Assembly (NCBI GenBank): GCA_963664305.2
Contig: CAXXLV010000001.1
Coordinates: forward strand, 384,001-448,000
Source of the DNA: an uncultured Aliarcobacter sp.
GTDB lineage: Bacteria > Campylobacterota > Campylobacteria > Campylobacterales > Arcobacteraceae
DNA: 64,000 nucleotides
Direction: 5' to 3'
Made by a program: the position numbers and the translations under genes. The notes beneath the pieces are model-generated. The model did not search any database. It saw only the letters and a program-made list of their open reading frames with translations, and had not been told where the DNA came from. Each line of letters starts with the position of its first letter. The stretch's first letter is position 1. Shown here in pieces: positions 53,571 to 63,095 of the stretch.

Positions 53571-54194
53571 ATGGATTTTTTCACAAATACAAATATTCTA
53601 TTTTTTATAGCAGCATACTTAATAGGTTCTATTCCTTTTGGTTCAATTTTAGCAAAAACGTTTGCAGGTGTTGATATAACAACAGCTGGAAGTAAATCAA
53701 TTGGAGCAACAAATGTTCTTCGAGTTGTAAAGGAAACAAACCCTAAATTAGCTAAAAAATTAGGAATTGCAACTGTTTTATTAGATGCTTTAAAAGGAAC
53801 TGTTGTTTTATTATTTGCTATGTATTATGGTGTTAGTGATTCAACTTTATGGGCAATTGCAATACTTTCTGTTTTAGGACATTGTTACTCTATTTATTTA
53901 GGACTTGAAGGTGGGAAAGGTGTTGCAACTGGACTTGGTGTTTATATTGTACTAATTCCATATGCTACATTAATAGGTGCTCTTGTTTGGATAGTTTGTG
54001 CAAAAGTTCTAAAAATCTCATCTTTATCATCACTTTTAGGTTTAGTAGCCGTTGTTGTTAGTGCAACTTTTATAAATGATGGATTAAATGTAGGGTCAAA
54101 TGTTCCTATGTATTTAATTGCTTTTATAATCATTTATAAACATATTCCAAATATCATAAGAATCATCAAAGGTGAAGAGAAAAAAGTTATATGA
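53571..54194 (+). CDS. plsY: Glycerol-3-phosphate acyltransferase
   Basis: YLIGSIPFG, GSKSIGATNVLR, GGKGVAT, KHIPNI. Confidence 0.97.
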   Translation: MDFFTNTNILFFIAAYLIGSIPFGSILAKTFAGVDITTAGSKSIGATNVLRVVKETNPKLAKKLGIATVLLDALKGTVVLLFAMYYGVSDSTLWAIAILSVLGHCYSIYLGLEGGKGVATGLGVYIVLIPYATLIGALVWIVCAKVLKISSLSSLLGLVAVVVSATFINDGLNVGSNVPMYLIAFIIIYKHIPNIIRIIKGEEKKVI

Positions 54195-54505
54195 AAATAC
54201 ATATAAATGATTTAAACTTCAAATGTATCATCGGTATACTTGACTTCGAACGAATAAAAAAACAAAAAGTTCTAATAAACTTATCTTTTGAATATGAGTT
54301 TTCAAAAGATAAATTTATAAACTACGCAGAAGTTTCAGAACTTCTAAAAACAACTATGAAAAAAGAAAAATTTCTTTTACTTGAAGATGCTATCTTACAT
54401 ATAGAAAATCTTCTAAATCAGACTTATGAAATATCAAATTTGTATATCAAAATCTCAAAACCTAATATTTTAACAAACTGTATAGTTAGTCTTTCAAATA
54501 AATAA
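54191..54505 (+). CDS. folB: Dihydroneopterin aldolase-like protein
   Basis: IIGILDFER...Q, INYA, LLE, ISKP; plsY-folB linkage. Confidence 0.85.
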   Translation: MKIHINDLNFKCIIGILDFERIKKQKVLINLSFEYEFSKDKFINYAEVSELLKTTMKKEKFLLLEDAILHIENLLNQTYEISNLYIKISKPNILTNCIVSLSNK

Positions 54506-54558
54506 TTTTCTCTTAAACATATTAAAAATATATAAGAGTAAAAAAGTCCTAAAATAGC

Positions 54559-54666
54559 ATTAACACAGCATTCTTTTTCTGTTAATTAAAAAATAACTTA
54601 AATTAACAGTTAATTAACACAGAATTAACCATTTTAAGAAAACTTTAAAATTTAGTGGTGTAGAAT
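54559..54666 (+). promoter_or_regulatory. Porin promoter with phased AATTAAC repeats and -10 TAGAAT
   Basis: AATTAAC at 54601, 54612 and 54623 (11-bp period); ATTAACACAG at 54559 and 54613; TAGAAT at 54661-54666. Confidence 0.6.
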
Positions 54667-54672
54667 GGTCGC

Positions 54673-54766
54673 AACGGTATGTCGGAAAAGGTTTAAAACC
54701 TATGTTTTAGATGAGTTCGCGCGCTCCGGTAGACTGATAATAGATTTCGAAATTTTAGGAGAACAA
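54673..54766 (+). ncRNA. Structured GC-rich 5' UTR of the major porin mRNA
   Basis: CGGUAUGUCGGA (54675-54686) pairs with UCCGGUAGACUG (54725-54736); inner hairpin AGGUU-uaa-AACCU. Confidence 0.55.
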
Positions 54767-55963
54767 ATGAAAAAAATCGCAAAATTAAGTTTAGTAGCTG
54801 CTGTTGCAGTTGCAGGATTAACTTCAGCTAACGCTCAACCATTAGAAGAAGCAATCAAAAATGTAGATGTATCTGGATCTGTAGTTTATAGATATAATGA
54901 TTATAACAATAATAATATTGATAATCAAGGAGATGCTTCTACATCTAAAAATTATTATAAAGTAGGTGTAAACTTATCTTCTAAAGTTAATGATGATGTT
55001 AAATTTAATTCAAGAGTATTAGTAGCAAAAGAAGATGGTGATTTTGCAGCTGGAGGTTTAGATACTCAAGGTGGAAATGATGCTAATCCAAGTTTAACAT
55101 TATCACATGCAAACTTTGCATATACAGGTATTGCAAATACAACTGTTATGGTTGGTAAACAAGGGTTAACTACTCCATGGACAATGGCTTTAGACTCAGA
55201 TGGAAATGAACAAACTGGAACAGGTATTTTAGCTCTATCAACAGTTGGACCTGTTACTTTAGCTGGTGCATATTTCAATCAAACTAATTTAAATAACTCT
55301 GGTGACCACACTACAACATTAAATTCTTTAGCTAATACAAATACAGGGAATAATGATATTGCAACTGTTGGAGCAATTGGAGCATTAGGTGTTGTTACAT
55401 TAGATGCTTGGTACTTAGATATGAACCAAGTTTTTGACAGTTATACTGTTGGTGCAAAAGTTGCTGATGAAGTATCTGGAATTAAATTAGGTGGAGAAGC
55501 TAGATATACTTCTGTAAATGCAGATGATTTAACTACAGATAATGCAGGTGGTAAAATTGTTTTAACTGCTGATGCTGGTTTAGTTGATGCTAAAGTTGCT
55601 TATGGTTGGACAGATAAAGAAGGTGGTCTTATCGCTTTAGATAAAGATGCTTCTACAGCTTTAATTGGATGGAATTTATGGTTAGATGGAAAAGCTGATG
55701 CTGATTATTGGCAAGCGGTATTAGGATTTGATATTTTATCAAACTTAAACTTATCAGCTAACTATGGTAATTTACAATACTCTGATGGAACAGAAGACAT
55801 AGAACAAGAAGAAGTATATGCTCAGTTATTATACAAAATGAGCAAAAACTTAACTACATATATTAGATATGGTACTTATACTATGGATACAACAGATGCT
55901 GGTGTAAATTCTGAAGACAATGACGATACAAGAGGAAGATTACAAGTTGAATATACATTCTAA
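54767..55963 (+). CDS. porA: Major outer membrane porin (Campylobacter MOMP/PorA family)
   Basis: SD AGGAGA then ATG at 54767; MKKIAKLSLVAA signal, 'PLEEAIKNVDVSG.V.YRY', C-terminal RLQVEYTF. The track's 54665 start lies in promoter/UTR. Confidence 0.9.
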   Translation: MKKIAKLSLVAAVAVAGLTSANAQPLEEAIKNVDVSGSVVYRYNDYNNNNIDNQGDASTSKNYYKVGVNLSSKVNDDVKFNSRVLVAKEDGDFAAGGLDTQGGNDANPSLTLSHANFAYTGIANTTVMVGKQGLTTPWTMALDSDGNEQTGTGILALSTVGPVTLAGAYFNQTNLNNSGDHTTTLNSLANTNTGNNDIATVGAIGALGVVTLDAWYLDMNQVFDSYTVGAKVADEVSGIKLGGEARYTSVNADDLTTDNAGGKIVLTADAGLVDAKVAYGWTDKEGGLIALDKDASTALIGWNLWLDGKADADYWQAVLGFDILSNLNLSANYGNLQYSDGTEDIEQEEVYAQLLYKMSKNLTTYIRYGTYTMDTTDAGVNSEDNDDTRGRLQVEYTF

Positions 55964-55991
55964 TATTTTTAGAATTATTTAATTTTCTTTC

Positions 55992-56023
55992 AAAGGGTTG
56001 GAGTTTACTCCAGCCCTTTTTTT
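55992..56023 (+). terminator. Strong intrinsic terminator after the porin
   Basis: AAAGGGTTGGAGT-tt-ACTCCAGCCCTTTTTTT. Confidence 0.92.
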
Positions 56024-56082
56024 ATTATGATTATTTAATCTTATTATGATAAAATCTACAAATTTAAAAAAAGGATTAAATC

Positions 56083-56706
56083 TTGAAAAAAGTTATTCTT
56101 TCATCTATACTACTACTTAGTTCTACATCAATATTTGCTGAAACAACAATGTGTTTTAAAGAAAATGCTTCTATGAGTACAATTGAAAATACACCTCTTG
56201 ATGGTGGAGTTTGTAATGGAAAATTATCTGTAAATGATATGAAAGCAAAAGGTTGGAGTGTAGATGATATAAAAATATCACAAAGCCAAACTGGTATGAA
56301 TTTTATTTATATTCTAAAAACAGCATCAGCTCCTGTTCAATCTTCACAATTTGTTGGGAATCAAGCTCAAATGGAAGCAAATATCTTGGCTAAACTTGAA
56401 GCAAAAAAAGAGGCTGAAGAAAAAGCAAAAGTTGAAAAAGAACTACAAGAAGCAAGAATAGATGCAAAAACTCTTTATGTAGATAAGTGTCAAAAATGTC
56501 ATGGACAAAATGGTGAATTAACTGCTTATAATACTTCTAGACCTTTAAAAGATTTGTCTTTAGAAGATATGGAAGAATCAATTAGAAACTATAAAGTTGG
56601 AAAAGCAACTTCTATGACTGCTAATGTTATGGCACCTTATGCAAACTTTATTGATTATAAAGAAATCAAAGGTATCCACGCTTATTTACAAAGTATCAAC
56701 AAATAA
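56083..56706 (+). CDS. Periplasmic c-type cytochrome (c553-like C-terminal domain plus N-terminal domain of unknown function)
   Basis: Signal peptide, CQKCHG, distal Met (VMAPYA), TTG start with SD AAGGA. Confidence 0.85.
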   Translation: MKKVILSSILLLSSTSIFAETTMCFKENASMSTIENTPLDGGVCNGKLSVNDMKAKGWSVDDIKISQSQTGMNFIYILKTASAPVQSSQFVGNQAQMEANILAKLEAKKEAEEKAKVEKELQEARIDAKTLYVDKCQKCHGQNGELTAYNTSRPLKDLSLEDMEESIRNYKVGKATSMTANVMAPYANFIDYKEIKGIHAYLQSINK

Positions 56707-56732
56707 AGAAAAAGGATTTTATTCCTTTTTCT
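56707..56732 (+). terminator. Intrinsic terminator
   Basis: AGAAAAAGGA-ttttat-TCCTTTTTCT. Confidence 0.7.
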
Positions 56733-56805
56733 CTTCTTTTTTACTCTAATCACTCTTTATACAAACTTTAAGTATAATTTCCTTTTTTAAAGGATTAAAG
56801 CTAAT

Positions 56806-57906
56806 ATGGACGCATACGAATATTCAGAACTATTAAAACTTCTAAACACAAAACTTAGTAACATAAAAGGTATTTTAAAACCTGATGATTTAAACAAAAG
56901 ATTAGAAGAGATACAAGAATTAGAATCATCTCAAGATTTTTGGAATGATGTTGAAAATGCAACTAAAATTGGAATTGAAAAAAATAGAATTTTAGGGAAG
57001 CTAAACAAATTTAATAAAGCAAATGATTCATTAAAAGGAACAAATGAGCTTTATGAAATGGCAACAGAAGAAAAAGATGAAGAAACATTAGAGATGCTTT
57101 ATGATGAAGCAGAAGAGTTAGAAAAACTAATCAAATCTACTGAAATTTCTGTAATGTTATCTAATCCAGATGATGCTTCAAATGCAATAGTTTCTATTCA
57201 TCCAGGAGCTGGTGGTACAGAATCACAAGATTGGGCAAGCATACTTTATAGAATGTATCTTAGATGGGCAGAAAGAAATGATTTTAAAGTTGAACTTCTT
57301 GATTATCAAAATGGTGATGAAGCTGGTATCAAAGATGTTTCTTTTATCATCAAAGGTGAAAATGCTTATGGATATATGAAAGCTGAAAATGGTATTCATA
57401 GACTTGTAAGAATATCTCCTTTTGATTCAAATGCAAAAAGACATACGTCTTTCTCTTCAGTTATGGTATCTCCTGAAATTGATGATAATATCAATATTGT
57501 AATAGAAGATAAAGATATTAGAATTGATACATATAGAGCAAGTGGAGCTGGTGGACAACACGTAAATAAAACTGAATCAGCTATTAGAATCACGCATATT
57601 CCAACTGGAATTGTAGTTCAATGTCAAAATGATAGAAGTCAACATAAAAATAAAGATAGTGCTTTTAAAATGTTAAAATCAAGACTTTATGAATTTGAAC
57701 TAGAAAAACAACAAGCAACTAAAGATGGTGTTGAAAAAAGTGAAAATGGATGGGGACATCAAATTAGATCTTATGTTTTACAACCATATCAACAAGTAAA
57801 AGATAGTAGAAGTAACATTGGTTATTCAAATGTTGATGCTATCTTAGATGGTGATATAACTAAAATTATTGAAGATGTATTAATAGCAACTTCAACTTCT
57901 AAATAA
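56806..57906 (+). CDS. prfB: Peptide chain release factor 2
   Basis: SPF motif and GAGGQHVN; continuous reading frame. Confidence 0.98.
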   Translation: MDAYEYSELLKLLNTKLSNIKGILKPDDLNKRLEEIQELESSQDFWNDVENATKIGIEKNRILGKLNKFNKANDSLKGTNELYEMATEEKDEETLEMLYDEAEELEKLIKSTEISVMLSNPDDASNAIVSIHPGAGGTESQDWASILYRMYLRWAERNDFKVELLDYQNGDEAGIKDVSFIIKGENAYGYMKAENGIHRLVRISPFDSNAKRHTSFSSVMVSPEIDDNINIVIEDKDIRIDTYRASGAGGQHVNKTESAIRITHIPTGIVVQCQNDRSQHKNKDSAFKMLKSRLYEFELEKQQATKDGVEKSENGWGHQIRSYVLQPYQQVKDSRSNIGYSNVDAILDGDITKIIEDVLIATSTSK

Positions 57907-57930
57907 TGAATCATTTTTGATTCATTATTT
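57901..57930. terminator. Bidirectional terminator prfB/efflux operon
   Basis: AAATAATGAATCA-tttt-TGATTCATTATTT perfect 13-bp stem containing both stop codons. Confidence 0.8.
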
Positions 57931-58812
57931 TTCTTCTTTCTTTGGCTCTATTTTAATCGTACAAGTTATTCCTGCTCTTAAAATAAATCCATCTGGTACT
58001 TCATCTATTTCAATTCTTACAGGTATTCTTTGAGCTAATCTAACCCATGTAAATGATGGATTTACATTTGCTAAAAGTCTTTTACCTATTTCATTGTCTC
58101 TATCTGTTATTCCACTTGAAATACTATCAACATGCCCTTTTAAAGTAAAATCTGTACCTAAAGGTTGTATAGTTGCTACGTCACCTTCTTTTATAAGTGG
58201 TATTTTATGTTCTTCAAAATATCCATAAATCCAAAAAGAGTTATTACTGATTAATGCTAATGTGTTTTCTCCTCTATTTACAAAATCACCACTTTTTAAA
58301 ACTAGATTTGATATCCAACCATCTTCAGTTGCAATTACACTTGAACGCTCTAAATTTAATTTTGCTATATTTAAATCAACTACAGCTTTATCATAGTTTG
58401 CTTTTGATATTTCTAACTGATATTTAGCTGTTTCATGTTCTTCTTTTGACACAACACTATTATCAACTTTAAACCTTCTATCAAACTGTTTTTTTTTCAT
58501 AAAATATTCAGATTTTTGTATTTCAAGAAGTGCTTCAGCTTTTGATACATCTTCTAAAAATCTTTTTTTATCAATTTGAAAAAGTAAATCACCCTTTTTA
58601 ACAAACTGATTATCTTTTACATAAACTTTATCTACTAAACCACTAACATCTGGAGAAATCATAATTATATCTGCACGAATTCTTCCATCTCTTGTCCATG
58701 GATTATTCATATAGTTATGCCAAAGTTTTAATGCTAAAAAAATTGCTATTACAACTACAAAAAAAGTTATTGCAAATTTTATAAATTTTATTAATTTACT
58801 ATTTTTATTCAT
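57925..58812 (-). CDS. HlyD/AaeA-type membrane fusion protein
   Basis: PWTRDGRIRA, V.DNQFVKKGDLLF, FTWVRLAQRIPVRI. Confidence 0.95.
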   Translation of the reverse strand: MNKNSKLIKFIKFAITFFVVVIAIFLALKLWHNYMNNPWTRDGRIRADIIMISPDVSGLVDKVYVKDNQFVKKGDLLFQIDKKRFLEDVSKAEALLEIQKSEYFMKKKQFDRRFKVDNSVVSKEEHETAKYQLEISKANYDKAVVDLNIAKLNLERSSVIATEDGWISNLVLKSGDFVNRGENTLALISNNSFWIYGYFEEHKIPLIKEGDVATIQPLGTDFTLKGHVDSISSGITDRDNEIGKRLLANVNPSFTWVRLAQRIPVRIEIDEVPDGFILRAGITCTIKIEPKKEEK

Positions 58813-58824
58813 ATTATTTATTCC

Positions 58825-59025
58825 TTATTTATAAATCAAAAGAGATGGTATTACAAAAATACATACAAATAATGCCGTTCTAAAAAGCCCTGGATGCCAT
58901 ACATAATTATAAACTCCAAGGTCAGCTAAAATTCTATTTATAAAAATCTGAACTACACCTGCAATTATAAATACCACTACTAAAGTTGGTATTTCATTTC
59001 CTAATAAAGTCATTACTAAATTCAT
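58825..59025 (-). CDS. DUF1656/AaeX-like small membrane protein
   Basis: YNYVWHPGLF motif; lies between FUSC and the MFP. Confidence 0.9.
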   Translation of the reverse strand: MNLVMTLLGNEIPTLVVVFIIAGVVQIFINRILADLGVYNYVWHPGLFRTALFVCIFVIPSLLIYK

Positions 59026-61145
59026 ATTATTTCTCCTTTTGAAGGAAGAGATATCTTATTTGATAAAAGTGTGTAAATCAAAGATATCTCTAATAAAATA
59101 TTTTGCATAGATTTTTGGTCATTAACCAATTTATAGTTTGTATTTTTTTCTAATTCAACAAAATCTTCTTTTAAACTTTGAAAAACTCTCTCTTTTTCTT
59201 TTTCATCAACTTGTAAAAAATACTCTTTTATTGAATTTAAAATTGAATATACAAATGTTGGCTTATTCTCATTTTTAAACTCTTTCAATTTTTCTTTTAT
59301 ATCAATAATTGCTCTTGCAATTTCAATACTTGATAATAACCATTTAAAAATCAAAATATTTGATTGAGTATTTAATTTTCCTTGCGTTGAAAAATGTTGA
59401 ATTAAATCTAAACCACGACTTTCCAAAACAACTCTTTTAAAACTATTTTTATCATCGATTATTTTTATAATTCTATTTATCAATAAATTTGAAACTCTTT
59501 TTTTAGTCCAAGATTCAGACCAAGAATTGACAAGTTCATAGGCAAGTCCAGCTATAACTATTCCTATCAAAGAAGCTACACTTGATTCAAAAAAAGTTAT
59601 ATAATCCATAGTATAATGCAAATTCATAGAGCAAACTGTAATAATTATAAATATAAAACCAAAAGCAAATAATCCTCTTTGAGGAGAACTTCCAAGCCAA
59701 GCTGCAAATGCAAAGATAGGAGCCATAATAAAACAAAAAGTTGGAATATCATTTACATATGTTGGAATTAAATAAAAATTATAAATTCCTGCAACAAAAA
59801 AAGATATTATTGAACCTTTTAAAAAATTTTTACTTGCATCAACTGGATTTGGAATTGAACTAAACATCAAAGTTGGTGCAACTGCAGAAATTATTGCAAA
59901 AGGAGCATATCCCCAAGCTGTCATTATCCAAAAGATTGTAGTTGCAAGTAATACAATAACTGCTCTAAAAGAAGTTAATAATACAAGTAAATTATCTGTA
60001 TATGTAGATAGTTTATATGATTGTATATTAGTCTCTAAATCTTCATTTTTTGATTTACTATTTAAAAATGATATATATGTTTTTGTATATTCACAAAACT
60101 CCATATAAAACCTTACTATCAAATTTGCAGCAGTAGTGTAATCATTTTGTAAATCAAAATCTAAGGATTTAAATTCAACTTTTTTTATATCAATATTTTC
60201 TTTTATATTTTTTTTTACATCTTCAAAATCACTCAAAATAGTATTAAAATCATTTTCAACAATATTTTGTAAATTATTTTCTAAAGAATTTTTAATTGGT
60301 TTATATATTTCTTCTAAAGCTATTACTATCTTTTCATCAACTTTTTCATTATTTGATATTGTATTTATTATATTTTTTAAAGAGTGAAAAGTTATAGATA
60401 AATGCATAAATTCAGAATTTAATCTTTGATAATACATCTTATCTTTTTTATTTATATTACTTTCAAAAACAGAATTAACCCTTAAAGAATCTGGACCTAA
60501 AATATTTCTTGAAAAATTTGTTGTACTATTTTCTTTTGAAAAGATATTATTCATATCAATAATAGATGAATAAATATTTTTATATCTTTGTTTTTCACTT
60601 TCAAAAAGTGTATTAGATAATTTCTTTGGAAATAAAACTTCGCTAACTACGCTAGAGCTCAATAAACCAACAGTAACTTCTGAAATTCTTTCAATTGCAA
60701 AACCATATATATTTAATGGATTTTCAATATTTGGTAAAACAATCAAAGCAACTGTATATCCAGATAATACAAATCCATAAGAAAGAAAATTTCTATATTT
60801 AAATCCTAAAGCTGCACAAATTGCAATCCAAACTGTAAAAAATCCCATAAACCAAACTCTATCTTGAGAAAAGGCTGATGTTAATAATAAAGCTACCAAA
60901 AATCCAAGAATTGTTCCCATAAATCTATAAAAACTTTTAGAAAAAACCATCCCACTATGCATTTGCATAACGATAAATACTGTAAACACAGAAGTTTGAG
61001 GACTTGAAAGATTAAAATACATAGATACACTCATAGCAAGAAGTGCTGCTATTGTCACTTTTACTACAAAAATCATTATTGATAAATCACTATTTTTCCA
61101 TTCTAAAAAGGCTGTTTTAAATATTGAAACATTAACTTGTTGCAT
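59022..61145 (-). CDS. FUSC family (AaeB/FusC-like) inner membrane efflux protein
   Basis: TVFIVMQ..SG...KSFYRFMGT and YGFVLSGYT; two hydrophobic blocks. Confidence 0.93.
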   Translation of the reverse strand: MQQVNVSIFKTAFLEWKNSDLSIMIFVVKVTIAALLAMSVSMYFNLSSPQTSVFTVFIVMQMHSGMVFSKSFYRFMGTILGFLVALLLTSAFSQDRVWFMGFFTVWIAICAALGFKYRNFLSYGFVLSGYTVALIVLPNIENPLNIYGFAIERISEVTVGLLSSSVVSEVLFPKKLSNTLFESEKQRYKNIYSSIIDMNNIFSKENSTTNFSRNILGPDSLRVNSVFESNINKKDKMYYQRLNSEFMHLSITFHSLKNIINTISNNEKVDEKIVIALEEIYKPIKNSLENNLQNIVENDFNTILSDFEDVKKNIKENIDIKKVEFKSLDFDLQNDYTTAANLIVRFYMEFCEYTKTYISFLNSKSKNEDLETNIQSYKLSTYTDNLLVLLTSFRAVIVLLATTIFWIMTAWGYAPFAIISAVAPTLMFSSIPNPVDASKNFLKGSIISFFVAGIYNFYLIPTYVNDIPTFCFIMAPIFAFAAWLGSSPQRGLFAFGFIFIIITVCSMNLHYTMDYITFFESSVASLIGIVIAGLAYELVNSWSESWTKKRVSNLLINRIIKIIDDKNSFKRVVLESRGLDLIQHFSTQGKLNTQSNILIFKWLLSSIEIARAIIDIKEKLKEFKNENKPTFVYSILNSIKEYFLQVDEKEKERVFQSLKEDFVELEKNTNYKLVNDQKSMQNILLEISLIYTLLSNKISLPSKGEII

Positions 61146-62556
61146 TATTCAAATCCTCTTCTTTAAATCCACCACCTGTTGCTTTGATTAATTCAAGTTT
61201 TAATTTTTCACTACTTTCTATTAAATCAAGTTCATTCATATGTGTCATTAGACTATTTATTTTTGAATCAAAATATGGAAGTTTATTTGTAAGTCCTATT
61301 TTAAATCTTTTATTTGCCACTTCTTCATTTAACTCAATAGATTTTATTTGATTATGATGCATTTCTAATTGTAATTTTTTATAATCTATTCTTTTTAAAA
61401 CAGTTACAACTTCATTTACTGCTTTATTTACTACTTCATTATATTCATAAACTGAACTGTTGTAGGCTATTACTTTATCATCTAAATTAGCTTCTCTTTT
61501 TCCCCAATCAAATATTGGTAAATCTAAAGCTACTCCAGCAGAAGGTACAGATGAAGATTTTGTTAAAAATTCATTTGAAACAAAAGAAGTAAATCCCAGT
61601 AATGCTGACAAATTTATATTTGGATAAAACTTTGTTTTAGCAACATTAATATTTTCATCATTACTTAAAACTAAATATTTTTGTATTGCTATATCAGCTC
61701 TTTGAGATAAAAAATTCAAATATATATTATCTTGTACTCCTATTTCTGATGCTTTTTCTATTATTGGTTTTGTTAAACTTTCTGAAAAACTTGGTAATTG
61801 TCCAGATAAAATACATATAGTTGATAACTCTTTTTTTATTATTTCATTTATAGAATATTCATTTAATCTCATTTGAAATATTTGAGCTTTTTTATCATTT
61901 AATGTTCTTTCATCAATTAATCCATTATCATATTTTGATTTTATAATTTCATATTCTTCATCTAATATTTCTAATACTTCTTTTATTACATCTAATTTTT
62001 TTTCATTATAATTCCAAGATAAATATACTTCTGTTATTGCTAGTGATAAATTTAATTTACTATTTTCTATAAATGCTTTTTGTGCATATGCTAAATTTTT
62101 TGCTGACAAAATTCTTGATTTTCTTTCATCCCAAAAATCAAATTTATAATCCAATGTTGTTGCTGTGTGATATTGAGTGAAATAACCTCCACCTAAAGGT
62201 GCAGGAAAAATATGATTTTCACTAAATCTTTCTCTTGATAAACTTGATTCAAAAGATATATTTGGTAAATTTTCTGATTCTATTGCTTTTATTATTGTAT
62301 TTGCTTTTGCAAATCTTTGTTCTATACTTTTAAGTGATGGAGAATTTATTAATGCTTTGTCTATGATAAAATTTAATTGTTTATCATTAAAAGATTCCCA
62401 CCAATTTATATAATTTTTATTTGTTTCTTCACTTTTAACTATCTTTAATTCTTCATATATTTTTAAATTATCTATTTTTTCTACTTTCTCATATTTTGGA
62501 ACACATCCAATTAGTAATATTGAAAAGAAACAAAAAATTAAATAATTAATTCTCAT
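61132..62556 (-). CDS. Outer membrane efflux lipoprotein (NodT/OprM/TolC family)
   Basis: Lipobox LIGC, WWESFND.QL, FDFW, FYPNINL, LPIFDWG, ATGGG. Likely start ATG 62556 (62568 possible). Confidence 0.93.
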   Translation of the reverse strand: MRINYLIFCFFSILLIGCVPKYEKVEKIDNLKIYEELKIVKSEETNKNYINWWESFNDKQLNFIIDKALINSPSLKSIEQRFAKANTIIKAIESENLPNISFESSLSRERFSENHIFPAPLGGGYFTQYHTATTLDYKFDFWDERKSRILSAKNLAYAQKAFIENSKLNLSLAITEVYLSWNYNEKKLDVIKEVLEILDEEYEIIKSKYDNGLIDERTLNDKKAQIFQMRLNEYSINEIIKKELSTICILSGQLPSFSESLTKPIIEKASEIGVQDNIYLNFLSQRADIAIQKYLVLSNDENINVAKTKFYPNINLSALLGFTSFVSNEFLTKSSSVPSAGVALDLPIFDWGKREANLDDKVIAYNSSVYEYNEVVNKAVNEVVTVLKRIDYKKLQLEMHHNQIKSIELNEEVANKRFKIGLTNKLPYFDSKINSLMTHMNELDLIESSEKLKLELIKATGGGFKEEDLNNATS

Positions 62557-62992
62557 TTTCTTCGCCATCGTTTAGATTTTTAAAGATTTTGTCTAAAATG
62601 GCAATAAAATCTTTTTTCTCTTTCTCTGTAATTCCTTTTAAAACTTTAGCTTCAACATCATTTGCAACTTTTTGTAATACAGTTTCTAACTCTCTTCCTT
62701 TATCTGTTATTGCAATCAGATAAGCTCTTCTATCTTTTTCTTTTGATTCTCTAACAACTAAATTTTTTAGTTCTAATTTATCAAGTATCAATGTCAAAGC
62801 AGATTGTTTATATTTCGTCTCTTTAGCCAAATCCTTTTGTGTCATTCTATCTTCTTCACATAATTTTAATAAAACAACAAACTGTGTTGTACTTATTTCA
62901 TAAGGAGAAAGCGCAATTTCCATCTCATTTCTAATACTATTTCTTACATTGGCGATTTTAACACCTAAACGTTCATTTAATTTAGTATCCAT
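62546..62992 (-). CDS. MarR family transcriptional regulator
   Basis: TQKDLA...LDKLE...DRRAYLIAITDKG winged helix. Confidence 0.96.
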   Translation of the reverse strand: MDTKLNERLGVKIANVRNSIRNEMEIALSPYEISTTQFVVLLKLCEEDRMTQKDLAKETKYKQSALTLILDKLELKNLVVRESKEKDRRAYLIAITDKGRELETVLQKVANDVEAKVLKGITEKEKKDFIAILDKIFKNLNDGEENEN

Positions 62993-63039
62993 TTTTTTCC
63001 TTTTCTTTTTTTAAAGAATATAATAAAGTTAATTAATTT

Positions 63040-63059
63040 ATAGTTAATATATTAACTAT
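63040..63059. promoter_or_regulatory. Putative MarR operator
   Basis: Perfect 20-bp palindrome ATAGTTAATATATTAACTAT about 48 bp upstream of the marR start. Confidence 0.75.
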
Positions 63060-63095
63060 TTATATATTAAAAAAAATTAATCTCAGAATTGAAGT

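Noticed and set aside
54665..54766. 34-aa N-terminal extension of the porin in the ORF track
   Set aside because: Its ATG overlaps the -10 box, lacks an SD and precedes a clear SD plus signal peptide at 54767. The track extensions of rplS (9743), the cytochrome (23949) and AraC (5669) were rejected on similar grounds.
56806..56900. Programmed +1 frameshift in prfB
   Set aside because: No in-frame CTT-TGA site; the ORF is continuous.
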